Source: a virus. From it: a stretch of 64,000 bases of DNA. This document shows positions 36,285 to 44,375 of the stretch, one piece after another; within the stretch, counting starts at the first letter, position 1; every line of letters starts with the position of its first letter. The notes under the pieces were generated by a model that had not been told where the DNA came from, did not search any database, and saw nothing but the letters and a program-made list of their open reading frames with translations. Position numbers and translations under genes: made by a program. The stretch is from the IMG/VR virus record IMGVR_UViG_3300045988_077625, positions 20,961-84,960 of that record. One strand, given 5' to 3'.

Positions 36285-36415
36285 GAGAAAAAACCCTTCG
36301 CCATCGTCATGCCGCCCCCCCCAACGTCACCGGCCAGCTGCACATGGTCCACGCCCTGGACGCCACCCTGCAGGATATTCTCACCCGCTTCGAGCGGATG
36401 CAGTGCTATGATCCG
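36285..36415 (+). pseudogene. valS: fragment of a valyl-tRNA synthetase 5' region, frameshifted in a C8 run
   Basis: [12 protein letters not shown] then, after 2 extra C (run 36315-36322), [30 protein letters not shown]. This matches the ValRS PPPNVTGxLHxGHAL signature. The segment is visibly GC-rich. Confidence 0.7.
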
Positions 36416-36578
36416 CTCAATCAGAAGCGCCAAATCTCTGGCCGTCTGCGGGAGACGTGTGGGGCTGTTTGGTGGGATCTACTCTTTTTATCCTGCCGAA
36501 AAAATAATGCCCCACTGAGACGGCATACAAGCCCCTACAAGGCGCGAACTATACCGGGACTATAGATATATAGGCAAG

Positions 36579-36610
36579 CAAAAAAACCCGCCAGCAGACC
36601 GCCAGCGGGT
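36579..36610 (-). terminator. rho-independent (bidirectional-looking) terminator
   Basis: Minus strand reads ACCCGC-13 nt-GCGGGT followed by TTTTTTT. Confidence 0.7.
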
Positions 36611-36630
36611 TTATAAATCATGACTCTTTT

Positions 36631-36819
36631 TTAAATTTCCATCTGCGCAAAGTTCGACATCTCGGCAGTTATGCAAGCTGGAGTGCTGGCGTATTTTTCC
36701 ATCCACTTGTCAAAACTATATTCGAGATAATTTTCCAGATTTTGTAAATTTTCTGGCTTGCTTGCAAGCTCGCGGATCGCATCGCAAAATTGAGCAGCTT
36801 CAAAAGTATATTTTGGCAT
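36631..36819 (-). CDS. hypothetical protein (island)
   Basis: Track ORF. ATG (MPKYTF) follows GGGGAAA. Confidence 0.45.
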   Translation of the reverse strand: MPKYTFEAAQFCDAIRELASKPENLQNLENYLEYSFDKWMEKYASTPACITAEMSNFAQMEI

Positions 36820-36847
36820 GATGATTTCCCCTTTCAAAATTTACATA

Positions 36848-36997
36848 TCAAAACAGTTTGATATATTTCATTGACACAATAACATATTGTAAGGATAGCA
36901 CATCAAACACGCGCGTTTCTTCCACACCGTATCCAGACGGACAGACATTGTAAAATTCTTCCACCTGTTTTTCAGTCATTGCGTTTACTTTTTTCAT
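36848..36997 (-). CDS. small hypothetical protein (49 aa)
   Basis: My translation is MKKVNAMTEKQVEEFYNVCPSGYG... GGAG upstream. Confidence 0.35.
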   Translation of the reverse strand: MKKVNAMTEKQVEEFYNVCPSGYGVEETRVFDVLSLQYVIVSMKYIKLF

Positions 36998-37105
36998 GAT
37001 AATTTTACTCCTTCCTATTCTCACGCCTTCAGCGCCTCACTACGGGCTTTTCAGCGCGGCGGTATATGTTTACTTGTCTCGTGTGTTTATGGCGTGGTGG
37101 GCTTG

Positions 37106-37288
37106 TCAAGCGGTCTCACCCGGCCAGATCTCGCTATTTACATCATACCATGAGATGAATACGTCGTTTATATCTTCCGTCCCAAAATAACGCGCGGGCG
37201 TTGTCTCTGTACCGTCTGGCATGATGACAGATTTATTACTATATTTTCCCCAGCTATCCGCCATTGCTTCCCGCTCTGTTTTATACAT
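37106..37288 (-). CDS. hypothetical protein (island)
   Basis: Track ORF. Confidence 0.4.
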   Translation of the reverse strand: MYKTEREAMADSWGKYSNKSVIMPDGTETTPARYFGTEDINDVFISWYDVNSEIWPGETA

Positions 37289-37556
37289 ACGGTTTACAAT
37301 GGCGGACTTATTGTATATATGTCCAATTGTCCGACATCACACGCGGTGATCCGTGCTTTTCTTCGTCATACGCGCAAATATAGCGCTGTCTGTTTTCGTA
37401 TTTTACATAAAATAACATGATAAAATCCTCCCTTTAATTTACAATTTTTTCCAACAAATACGGGATCCAGAAAAAACTGGAAATTGCTACAATGCAGAGT
37501 AAATATTGCAAAATCCAATAAATTGGATTCAAGCGGCGTTTTGATTTTTTCATAGT

Positions 37557-37838
37557 TTACGCCTCCACTTTGTATTCTTCAAACGGAAAACGCGCCCCAA
37601 AGAACCAATATGTTTTATTTTTGGGGATTTCTCTTTCAATAAAATATTCCAAAAATTTCTTTTTCAGTGTTGGCGCGTATTCGATTTCAGCGCCGCGATT
37701 CATGTTGTTTCTATTTACCCAACGCCTGCCATATTTTTCCATTTCTTTTTCAGTAAACAGTTCGCCGCCAACAAAAATATTCCGGTTTTTGTCAAGTTTT
37801 TTGTTGTCGGCTTCGCGCTTTACTTGATAAAATTTCAT
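37557..37838 (-). CDS. hypothetical protein (island)
   Basis: Track ORF with GGGGG upstream. Confidence 0.45.
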   Translation of the reverse strand: MKFYQVKREADNKKLDKNRNIFVGGELFTEKEMEKYGRRWVNRNNMNRGAEIEYAPTLKKKFLEYFIEREIPKNKTYWFFGARFPFEEYKVEA

Positions 37839-37913
37839 TGTAAATACCCCCTTAAAATGTTCATGGAATAGGGCTTTTTGAACGGAAACCCTTTAGAAAC
37901 CGCGCGGAAATGT

Positions 37914-38162
37914 TTAGTTTTTTTCTCCGTCCTGCTCCTTCATGATATCTTCAAAAGAATTATATCCTAACCACTCCGCTATCGTATCTTCTTCAAACCA
38001 GAAGAAATCATTGATTGCGGTTTCGTCCATTCCTTCCGGATTGCATTCTTCAAGAATAGATTCAATCTGATCAAGTTCGCACGGAGTCAGATATTTCACA
38101 GTGTCTCTTGCTCCGCTCCAAAATTCAAAATCACGCAAGCTTTTTTCAGTGTAAATTTTCAT
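37914..38162 (-). CDS. small acidic hypothetical protein (island)
   Basis: Track ORF. DFEFWSGARDT..INDFFWFEEDTIAEWLG. AGGAGG upstream. Confidence 0.5.
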   Translation of the reverse strand: MKIYTEKSLRDFEFWSGARDTVKYLTPCELDQIESILEECNPEGMDETAINDFFWFEEDTIAEWLGYNSFEDIMKEQDGEKN

Positions 38163-38223
38163 TTTGTTTCCTCCTGTTTTATTTATTTTTTATAGCTTGG
38201 CGGGATTGCTCCCGCCTTGCCAT

Positions 38224-38358
38224 TTACTTGTGTTCGTCCACCCATTCGCGCGCGGCTTTTTCTGTTTCTACCTCTGTTAAAATTTTGCCGCTTGCGTCTC
38301 GGATATAATAGACGCTTTCAGACTCCTGAATCAGAAATCCTTTATACTGTTCTTGCAA
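38224..38358 (-). CDS. small hypothetical protein (44 aa, TTG start)
   Basis: GGGAGG then TTG. QEQYKGFLIQESESVYYIRD... Followed by hairpin GGCGGGA-gcaa-TCCCGCC. Confidence 0.35.
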   Translation of the reverse strand: MQEQYKGFLIQESESVYYIRDASGKILTEVETEKAAREWVDEHK

Positions 38359-38384
38359 GCTGTTCACCTCCCTTGCATGGTTAT

Positions 38385-38413
38385 ATAATAGCGCAGAACG
38401 CCGGAAAAGTCAA
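38385..38413 (-). promoter_or_regulatory. sigma70-type promoter of the island operon
   Basis: Minus strand reads TTGACT-17-TATTAT. Confidence 0.55.
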
Positions 38414-38465
38414 CCCGTTCATCATAAAAATATTGCACAAATAAACGTGGCTGATTTTATGCAGA

Positions 38466-38595
38466 TTGACAAAATGGATATTATATATATTATAGTATAT
38501 AATAGCTGGACAACACAATGCCGCTGTGAGGCGCTTAGAGCCGTTTTAAGCGGTTTTTAGGTCGAGCCGTGTTTTTATATGCCCGGCTTTTTTAT
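38466..38595 (+). ncRNA. candidate small RNA unit (promoter, hairpins, terminator)
   Basis: TTGACA (38466-71) with an AT-rich -10 candidate about 16 nt on. CCGCT..AGCGG helix. GAGCCG-14 nt-CGGCTT followed by a T-run. No ORF. Confidence 0.3.
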
Positions 38596-39434
38596 TCCGT
38601 TATACGTATTCTATACAGTTTGATTATTCACTGTTTTGATGGCAAATAGATATGTTATGCGCTTGAAAAGTTAGAATATTCTAGATAGCGCTAGTTATTG
38701 TATAGTTATACTGTGTATATGCGGCATGAATATGAATATTTATAATATCAATTATGATTCCCATTTTATAATCGGTATATATATATATATATAGATAAGA
38801 TTGTATCGAGTATAATAGTTACAATATAGTTACAATGTGTAACAGGATCATGTCAATATTGTACGGCATATTATATTTTATAATTGTAAATTTTTAAAGT
38901 TGATTATAAAATCCTATTATATTATATAGGCAGGTATAGTATGGATGATATGCGAACATTTGTTCTGTTAGTAGTTGTTATGATGGATGAGGTTGTAGTT
39001 AGTGGGAGGGTTGACAAGTGTTATACAAAAAGCGCATAACGCCTAATATGTAGCATACTACCTATTTTTTGCTAGTAAAATTATGGGGTAAAAAATGGGT
39101 CATCTTGGTAATTCTCCAAAACAGCCCCCCCGGTAAAGCAAGGATCATCCCTATTTTAAGATAGATCGGTGGAAAAGTGCTATTTTCAGGTGTTTTTGTA
39201 GTTTAGCGTATTAAAACCTACCTGGGGGCTAGGTTATGGATTAGCAAAGGCTAACCGGTGAGATTTCGGTTGTAGCACATCAAACCACATACCATGTAAT
39301 ACATCACATATTCAAAAACTACCACATCGCTTATAAATCACATCATTATCAAACAACAACTGAATAATTTACAATTTATTAACAAATAGATGACTAGAAT
39401 ATGATATAATTACAATGTAATTTAGATAAATTTA

Positions 39435-39525
39435 ATTTTTGTCTAAATCGTGATACTAATATAATACGCTAGTATTATCATAGTGTCATCACTTAGACAA
39501 AAATTTTTTTTATTTAGACAAAAAT
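39435..39525. repeat. three copies of the 13-nt motif TTTAGACAAAAAT (one inverted, two direct) flanking a hairpin
   Basis: Inverted copy at 39435-39447. Direct copies at 39493-39504 (12 of 13 nt) and 39513-39525. Hairpin ATAATAC-gcta-GTATTAT at 39461-39478. Lies between an extended -10 (TGATATAAT, 39402-39410) and the ATG at 39546. Confidence 0.55.
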
Positions 39526-39545
39526 GTAAAAGGGGTTTATTTTAT

Positions 39546-40574
39546 ATGAGAAAACAAAATATCAAGCAACCAACAGGCGCTGAATTGATTGAATCACTAG
39601 AAAAGATAGAAGGGTGCGAATTGAAATACCAAGACTTATGTAAGGCTCTTAATATAACTCCAAAATGCGGTTGCTCCAAAATAACTCAACTTGACCACAT
39701 TAGAAATTATTGTCAACTAGATACTCTAGAACATCCAACCCGTTATATTGTACAAGAGGTCTATCCTGAAGCAGACGCGCTTATCAACGAGCTAGACAAA
39801 GATTCGTATCAAGCCGCATTTGAAGCCGCTCTTTATCAAATCTTTCTCAAAACAAATTGCGCCACTATATATGCATCAACCAGCAATCTGCTCAGAATGT
39901 TCCAGGAGGTCAATGATAATTTCAGCTACACATACAGTCAAGCCGTAGAAAATTCAGAGCATTACGGCTACATGAGCTTAGTTAATGGCGTTGTATACAA
40001 TATCCTTGCTCAATGGACTAGGCGTAAATTGCTGACCATGAAGAACCGTTATGTCATTGATCTGAATAGGGGTTATCGTCTCTATAAGCAACGGCGCAAC
40101 CCAGGGGGAAAAGAAACATGGCTTGAAACATATGATGTGCCAGAAGATAACCCAGATCATCAGACATGCCTATCTATCTATTCTAAAGCCGTTAATGAGA
40201 TAATGCCGCCAAATTGGGGCAAGGTCATAGATAATAGAGTCTATAAGCCATACGTGTCCACAGAGCAATATAAGGCGTTTGAGGCGCGGCTTGCTCAATT
40301 AACTCAAGAGTTATTTGGCGGTGAATATGTTAAAGTCAAAGAAGTATATGTCATCAAGCCAGCTACAAAGGAATGGATTGCTAATCGGCTCTTAGATGTC
40401 TACGAGCATTATCCTAGCTTTGAGAAAATCAATAAAGAGGCGTGCGCTAAGATTATTCAAACCAGCCAGCTTAGTTGTATTACGGGCAAACAGCGACGCG
40501 AATTTGTTGACATAAATATGGACAATAAGCAAAGCGACCGTCTCAAGGATTTAGTTGACAATGAAAAACAATAA
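39546..40574 (+). CDS. hypothetical protein (343 aa)
   Basis: Track ORF 39483..40574. ATG (MRKQNIKQ) is the likelier start, because the upstream part is the repeat region. Confidence 0.55.
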   Translation: MRKQNIKQPTGAELIESLEKIEGCELKYQDLCKALNITPKCGCSKITQLDHIRNYCQLDTLEHPTRYIVQEVYPEADALINELDKDSYQAAFEAALYQIFLKTNCATIYASTSNLLRMFQEVNDNFSYTYSQAVENSEHYGYMSLVNGVVYNILAQWTRRKLLTMKNRYVIDLNRGYRLYKQRRNPGGKETWLETYDVPEDNPDHQTCLSIYSKAVNEIMPPNWGKVIDNRVYKPYVSTEQYKAFEARLAQLTQELFGGEYVKVKEVYVIKPATKEWIANRLLDVYEHYPSFEKINKEACAKIIQTSQLSCITGKQRREFVDINMDNKQSDRLKDLVDNEKQ

Positions 40575-40575
40575 A

Positions 40576-40623
40576 AATCTGCCCCAATTTATTCCCTACA
40601 TATATAGGGACTTGGGGCAGATT
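40576..40623. terminator. bidirectional compound hairpin terminator between convergent genes
   Basis: AATCTGCCCCAA ... TTGGGGCAGATT with inner TCCCTA-catata-TAGGGA. A/T runs on both sides. Confidence 0.7.
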
Positions 40624-40640
40624 CATTTTATTTAGTTGTA

Positions 40641-41057
40641 TCAATCAATCCTTTCTTCTGCAATTCCATCAGACGTACTATAGCAAATATGCTTAACTCC
40701 CAATTCTTTTATATATTTCATACAAGCAGGACATGGCCGCGCCATTGCTTTATTGCCGTTTGCATATTCACGATATACATATAGTGTCGATTTGCTAAAA
40801 TCAATATCTAGATATTTTACTTTGCTCAATGCTCTGATTTCAGCATGAAGCGAATTTATCACGCCGCTTTGGTTAGGATCAAATTCACGTTCTGCATTAA
40901 GCCGCTTCTGTAACGGGCTTGTTTTTGTGCTATTGCAACCAGTAGCAAGCAATATGCCCTTATAGTACAGAGCTGCGCCAAGATGGTATCTAGGAAATTT
41001 AGATTCTTTGCTTACTCTACAAGCTGATTCAATTCCGCGCTTAGTTCTCTGGTTCAT
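40641..41057 (-). CDS. dCMP deaminase (ComEB/cytidine-deaminase fold)
   Basis: HAEIRAL and PCPACMKYI zinc motifs. Start taken at MNQRTKRG. Confidence 0.75.
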   Translation of the reverse strand: MNQRTKRGIESACRVSKESKFPRYHLGAALYYKGILLATGCNSTKTSPLQKRLNAEREFDPNQSGVINSLHAEIRALSKVKYLDIDFSKSTLYVYREYANGNKAMARPCPACMKYIKELGVKHICYSTSDGIAEERID

Positions 41058-41349
41058 TAGATTTGTCCATCTTCGCCCCGCAGTTGGGGCAGTAAGGCTT
41101 GCCGTACTCTTTCGAAAAATTCCGGCAGCGGGTGCACTGCTCCTCATAGTTTCCCGTTTCCAGATTGAAACGACCCGTACCCCACCGCCCATGGACCACT
41201 GGGACAACATCTGCGACTGTATTGATGCATCGGTTTTCATTCATTATGCAGTCAAACTTTCCGTTGCGAAGCATCGTTTCCAGATTTTTAAGATTACAGC
41301 CTTTGCAATGAGGAGAGTCGCATTCTCTGCATTCGATATATTCAGCCAT
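41041..41349 (-). CDS. Cys-rich zinc-binding protein (GC-richer moron)
   Basis: CRECDSPHCKGC ... CTRCRN..CPNCG. Composition is visibly GC-richer than its flanks. Confidence 0.5.
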   Translation of the reverse strand: MAEYIECRECDSPHCKGCNLKNLETMLRNGKFDCIMNENRCINTVADVVPVVHGRWGTGRFNLETGNYEEQCTRCRNFSKEYGKPYCPNCGAKMDKSNEPEN

Positions 41350-41888
41350 TATTCGTCCACCTCATATCCCAATTCAATCAACGTCATAATAGCATAATTA
41401 GCCATATCAAGCAATGTGTCCTCGATCTTCTCATCTTTAACCTGAGCATCATGTGATACAGCAAGCGACATGAGCCGATTCATCTTATCACTAAGACGGG
41501 TCACAGCACTGATAATCCCTAGTTTTTTGTATGTGTCACCAAATGAATCACCATAGTCATGATTCTTTGCTTTATATACCTGATTGAGCTTCTTACAGAT
41601 TGCACAATGCCGCGCCACCTTTGGTTCAATATGTAACTTAATGTCGTCAGGCTCTTTGTCACAGCATTCAGCTTCAGCATTTTCACAAGCTGCTGGATCA
41701 AGCTCTTTATACCAACCATAGATTTTATCAAGCATCTTATCGTCCATTTCATTAAATACACAAGCATATTTATTTGTAAATTCATCTGTTTCTTCATCGT
41801 ACATATTTTTTAATTCACATTTATCACAAGTATCACCACAATGGTCGCAATACAATTCAAGTACATCAACTTTTTCTTTTCTTGTCAT
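41349..41888 (-). CDS. MazG-like / DUF1599-like nucleotide pyrophosphohydrolase domain protein
   Basis: KNHDYGDSFGDTYKKLG..RLSDKMNRL pattern in the C-terminal half. Cys-rich N-terminal half. Confidence 0.5.
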   Translation of the reverse strand: MTRKEKVDVLELYCDHCGDTCDKCELKNMYDEETDEFTNKYACVFNEMDDKMLDKIYGWYKELDPAACENAEAECCDKEPDDIKLHIEPKVARHCAICKKLNQVYKAKNHDYGDSFGDTYKKLGIISAVTRLSDKMNRLMSLAVSHDAQVKDEKIEDTLLDMANYAIMTLIELGYEVDE

Positions 41889-41905
41889 ATTTATTTATCC
41901 TTCCA

Positions 41906-42127
41906 TCAATCATTCAGCATGATATTTTCAATATTTTCATACATTGTCCAATCTTCATCGAGTTTTGCTTTTACTGGCTTGAATACATGATATTCAATTC
42001 CTTCATCTTCTTCTGTTTTCCAATCACAATCAGGATTACTACATCTGTAAACATGAATTGGTGGAAATGTAGCTACACAATAATGATTTAATTGACAACC
42101 ACATTTAGGACAAGTATAGATAATCAT
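41906..42127 (-). CDS. small zinc-ribbon protein
   Basis: CPKCGC ... CSNPDC. Confidence 0.5.
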   Translation of the reverse strand: MIIYTCPKCGCQLNHYCVATFPPIHVYRCSNPDCDWKTEEDEGIEYHVFKPVKAKLDEDWTMYENIENIMLND

Positions 42128-43297
42128 TTATTCATCCTCCTCATTTTCATCACAATCTTCATCTACAAAATGAACATCTACATGAAATTCATTACGCAGT
42201 ACATCAATAGCTTCTTTGGGGCTTACATAGAAAAATTCCTTATGTTTGTTTTCCTTATTGACTCGCTTATCGTCAAAATAATCATGGACGCGCGTCTCAA
42301 GGTCAAATACGTCATCATCAAACACAAGTCCATAGCAAACGAATGGGAACGGTACTGATGCCGACGATAATTCGGAAATTCTACGCAATGGCTGGAGACG
42401 ACGTGTTACTCCCAGCTTGCAGCAATTTGGCATAGCAGGAGTTGCTGTAATATATAAATATCCAGCTTTTGCATTGTTGACCCGATAGTCAATATTTGCA
42501 ATACGCTTATCAATAGCTCTTAGCGTTGCTTCAAATTTAGCGCGTTCTTCAGCGTTGAGCGTCTTTCGCAGAGATTGTTCATACATACGACGCTCTTTTT
42601 GAAGTTCTGCCTTTTCGCGCTCAGCCTCAGCGAGTAACTGTTCCTGTTCTCTTAATCTGCGTTTTTCTTCACGGATTCGCGCCTTTTCTTCTTTCTGCTT
42701 GACCTTGATAGCCAAGTTGATATCTAGCATATCAAGTCGCGCCTTTACATATTCAGCATTAAGCGCTAATCCGACTTTATTTGCTTTAGACTGATAAGAA
42801 TTAAATTTATTCTTAATCAATTCTTTGCTCTTAGCAACATTGTTTGCAGTTACAGATTTTTCTTTGCTGTCAATATATGCGTTGCAACTGTAAATCAATC
42901 CGCGCCCATATACATCTTGCATTTCTTTGCCACGTCTATCTGATCCATCGAGTCTATATCCTTGCTCAATGCGATATAAGCCAGCATTAACAGCGGATTT
43001 AATTTTACTTTGTAGATCATAGCGCCGATGCTCAAGTTCATCCAATGAATCTTGATAATATGGGATATTATAATCCTGCATTTCTTCAATGACATGGATT
43101 TGACCGTTTAGGGCATCAAGAACAGCTTGAGCTTCCTTTGCGGCAATTTCAGCGCAATCAGCTTTATTCTGGCTGGATGTGGTTAGCTCATCTAATGCTT
43201 TAATTTTTTCTTGCATTGCCTCTTGTTTTGCTTCAAGCAGGGCAATATTTTCTTCAATTTCCGTTTTCTTCTTGTTCAACTTGAAAATCTCGAACAC
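42128..43297 (-). CDS. DUF4041-like coiled coil + T5orf172 (GIY-YIG superfamily) domain protein
   Basis: C-terminal GYLYITATPAMPNCCKLGVTRR..RISELS. Long charged coiled coil. GTG at 43297 lies 9 nt after AGGAGG. Confidence 0.6.
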   Translation of the reverse strand: MFEIFKLNKKKTEIEENIALLEAKQEAMQEKIKALDELTTSSQNKADCAEIAAKEAQAVLDALNGQIHVIEEMQDYNIPYYQDSLDELEHRRYDLQSKIKSAVNAGLYRIEQGYRLDGSDRRGKEMQDVYGRGLIYSCNAYIDSKEKSVTANNVAKSKELIKNKFNSYQSKANKVGLALNAEYVKARLDMLDINLAIKVKQKEEKARIREEKRRLREQEQLLAEAEREKAELQKERRMYEQSLRKTLNAEERAKFEATLRAIDKRIANIDYRVNNAKAGYLYITATPAMPNCCKLGVTRRLQPLRRISELSSASVPFPFVCYGLVFDDDVFDLETRVHDYFDDKRVNKENKHKEFFYVSPKEAIDVLRNEFHVDVHFVDEDCDENEEDE

Positions 43298-43493
43298 GTC
43301 TAGCCGCCTCCTTACCAAAAATCTTGTCTATGTGCTTATCAAAATCCAATGGATTATTGCTTTTTGCTAAAATCTGCTTGGTGCTGGTATTATATAGCTC
43401 GAATTGCCCGTTGCCACAATCATTGATAACCCAGCCAGTATTGCCATATTGGACTACGGCGTTAATTTTCTTTATTCTTGGCATTTGTTTCAC
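43254..43493 (-). CDS. hypothetical protein
   Basis: Track ORF with GAGGTG upstream. Confidence 0.5.
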   Translation of the reverse strand: MKQMPRIKKINAVVQYGNTGWVINDCGNGQFELYNTSTKQILAKSNNPLDFDKHIDKIFGKEAARRVRDFQVEQEENGN

Positions 43494-43504
43494 CTCATGA
43501 TGTA

Positions 43505-43533
43505 ATTATATCACAGTTATTTGCACTTGTCAA
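43505..43533 (-). promoter_or_regulatory. sigma70-type promoter (extended -10)
   Basis: Minus strand reads TTGACA-17-TATAAT with TGa. Confidence 0.75.
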
Positions 43534-43564
43534 GCATAATTTTTGGCAAATTGATTTTTCACAT

Positions 43565-43616
43565 CAATTTAACTAATTATCTACGAATGTATATGAGTAG
43601 ATAATTAGTTAAATTG
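43565..43616. repeat. perfect 20-bp inverted repeat with a 12-nt spacer
   Basis: CAATTTAACTAATTATCTAC-gaatgtatatga-GTAGATAATTAGTTAAATTG, between divergent promoters. Confidence 0.8.
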
Positions 43617-43687
43617 TAATTATATATATTAGATATTATAACATAGAAAGTATGTAATGTCAATAGAAAAATTTTTTATTTTACTAC

Positions 43688-43716
43688 TTGACAAGATGAT
43701 GAAAATATGGTATAAT
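43688..43716 (+). promoter_or_regulatory. sigma70-type promoter (extended -10)
   Basis: TTGACA-17-TATAAT with TGg. Followed at the predicted 5' end by a 12-bp stem-loop (43724-43751). Confidence 0.75.
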
Positions 43717-43811
43717 ATAGTAAATAAGTAAATACGTTAGTATTTACTTATACATTGTTTCTTTCTTTTTGGTTCTTTTTCTTTCTTAGAATTTATAGAT
43801 AGGAGATAAAT

Positions 43812-44375
43812 ATGGAAAATAATAACGTCGTATATAAGCATACGAACTTAGAGAATGGATTAGTCTATTATGGGATTGCAGAAGATTATATTGCGCGTTG
43901 GAGTGATGGGTTTGGTTATCAGAACAACAGACAGTTTTGGAGCGATATTGTAAAATATGGGTGGAAAAATTTTAAGCATGAGATAATATTTGAAAATTTA
44001 AGCCGCGATGAGGCAAAATTTTATGAGGGTTTATTGATTCAAGAAACACAGTCGTATCTTCCTGAGAATGGATATAATCAAAATCTTGGTGAAAGAATGG
44101 AATATAAAGAAGTTGAAGTAGATGATTCTGTATCTGACGCAGTTGACGCAAGGCGACCCAGAAATGGTCGTGGTGGCGTTCCCGTTTATTATTCTGGTAA
44201 AATATATCTAACTATGAAAGAACTTTGTGATGAAATAGGCGAGGATAATTTGGCCGTGTCACAAATGCTCAATCCAAATTCACCTCGGAGAGTTGCCCCA
44301 CATCTTGCCGCGAATGGATTAAGATATGCTACGGATGATGAAATTAAAGCGTATTATCAATCATCTCATACTTGA
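43812..44375 (+). CDS. GIY-YIG homing endonuclease-like protein
   Basis: VVYKHTNLENGLVYYGIAEDYIARW in the N-terminal module. AGGAG upstream. Confidence 0.65.
   Translation: MENNNVVYKHTNLENGLVYYGIAEDYIARWSDGFGYQNNRQFWSDIVKYGWKNFKHEIIFENLSRDEAKFYEGLLIQETQSYLPENGYNQNLGERMEYKEVEVDDSVSDAVDARRPRNGRGGVPVYYSGKIYLTMKELCDEIGEDNLAVSQMLNPNSPRRVAPHLAANGLRYATDDEIKAYYQSSHT

Noticed and set aside
36202-36565. Track ORFs 36202..36411, 36309..36518, 36344..36565 (+) and 36224..36433 (-).
   Set aside because: All are alternative frames over the GC-rich valS remnant. The Pro/Arg/Gly-rich translations are typical of out-of-frame GC-rich DNA. Only the frameshift-corrected reading resembles a real protein (ValRS).
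39483-39545. GTG start at 39483 for the 363-aa track ORF, and the upstream start at 47636 for the second HU-like gene.
   Set aside because: The N-terminal extensions translate repeat/operator DNA or overlap the preceding gene by 95 nt. Internal ATGs with better context (39546 and 47723) are preferred.
41519-41797. Track ORF 41519..41797 (-), nested in 41349..41888.
   Set aside because: It is an alternative frame of the MazG-like gene, with no SD and a Lys/Ile-rich AT-frame artefact translation.
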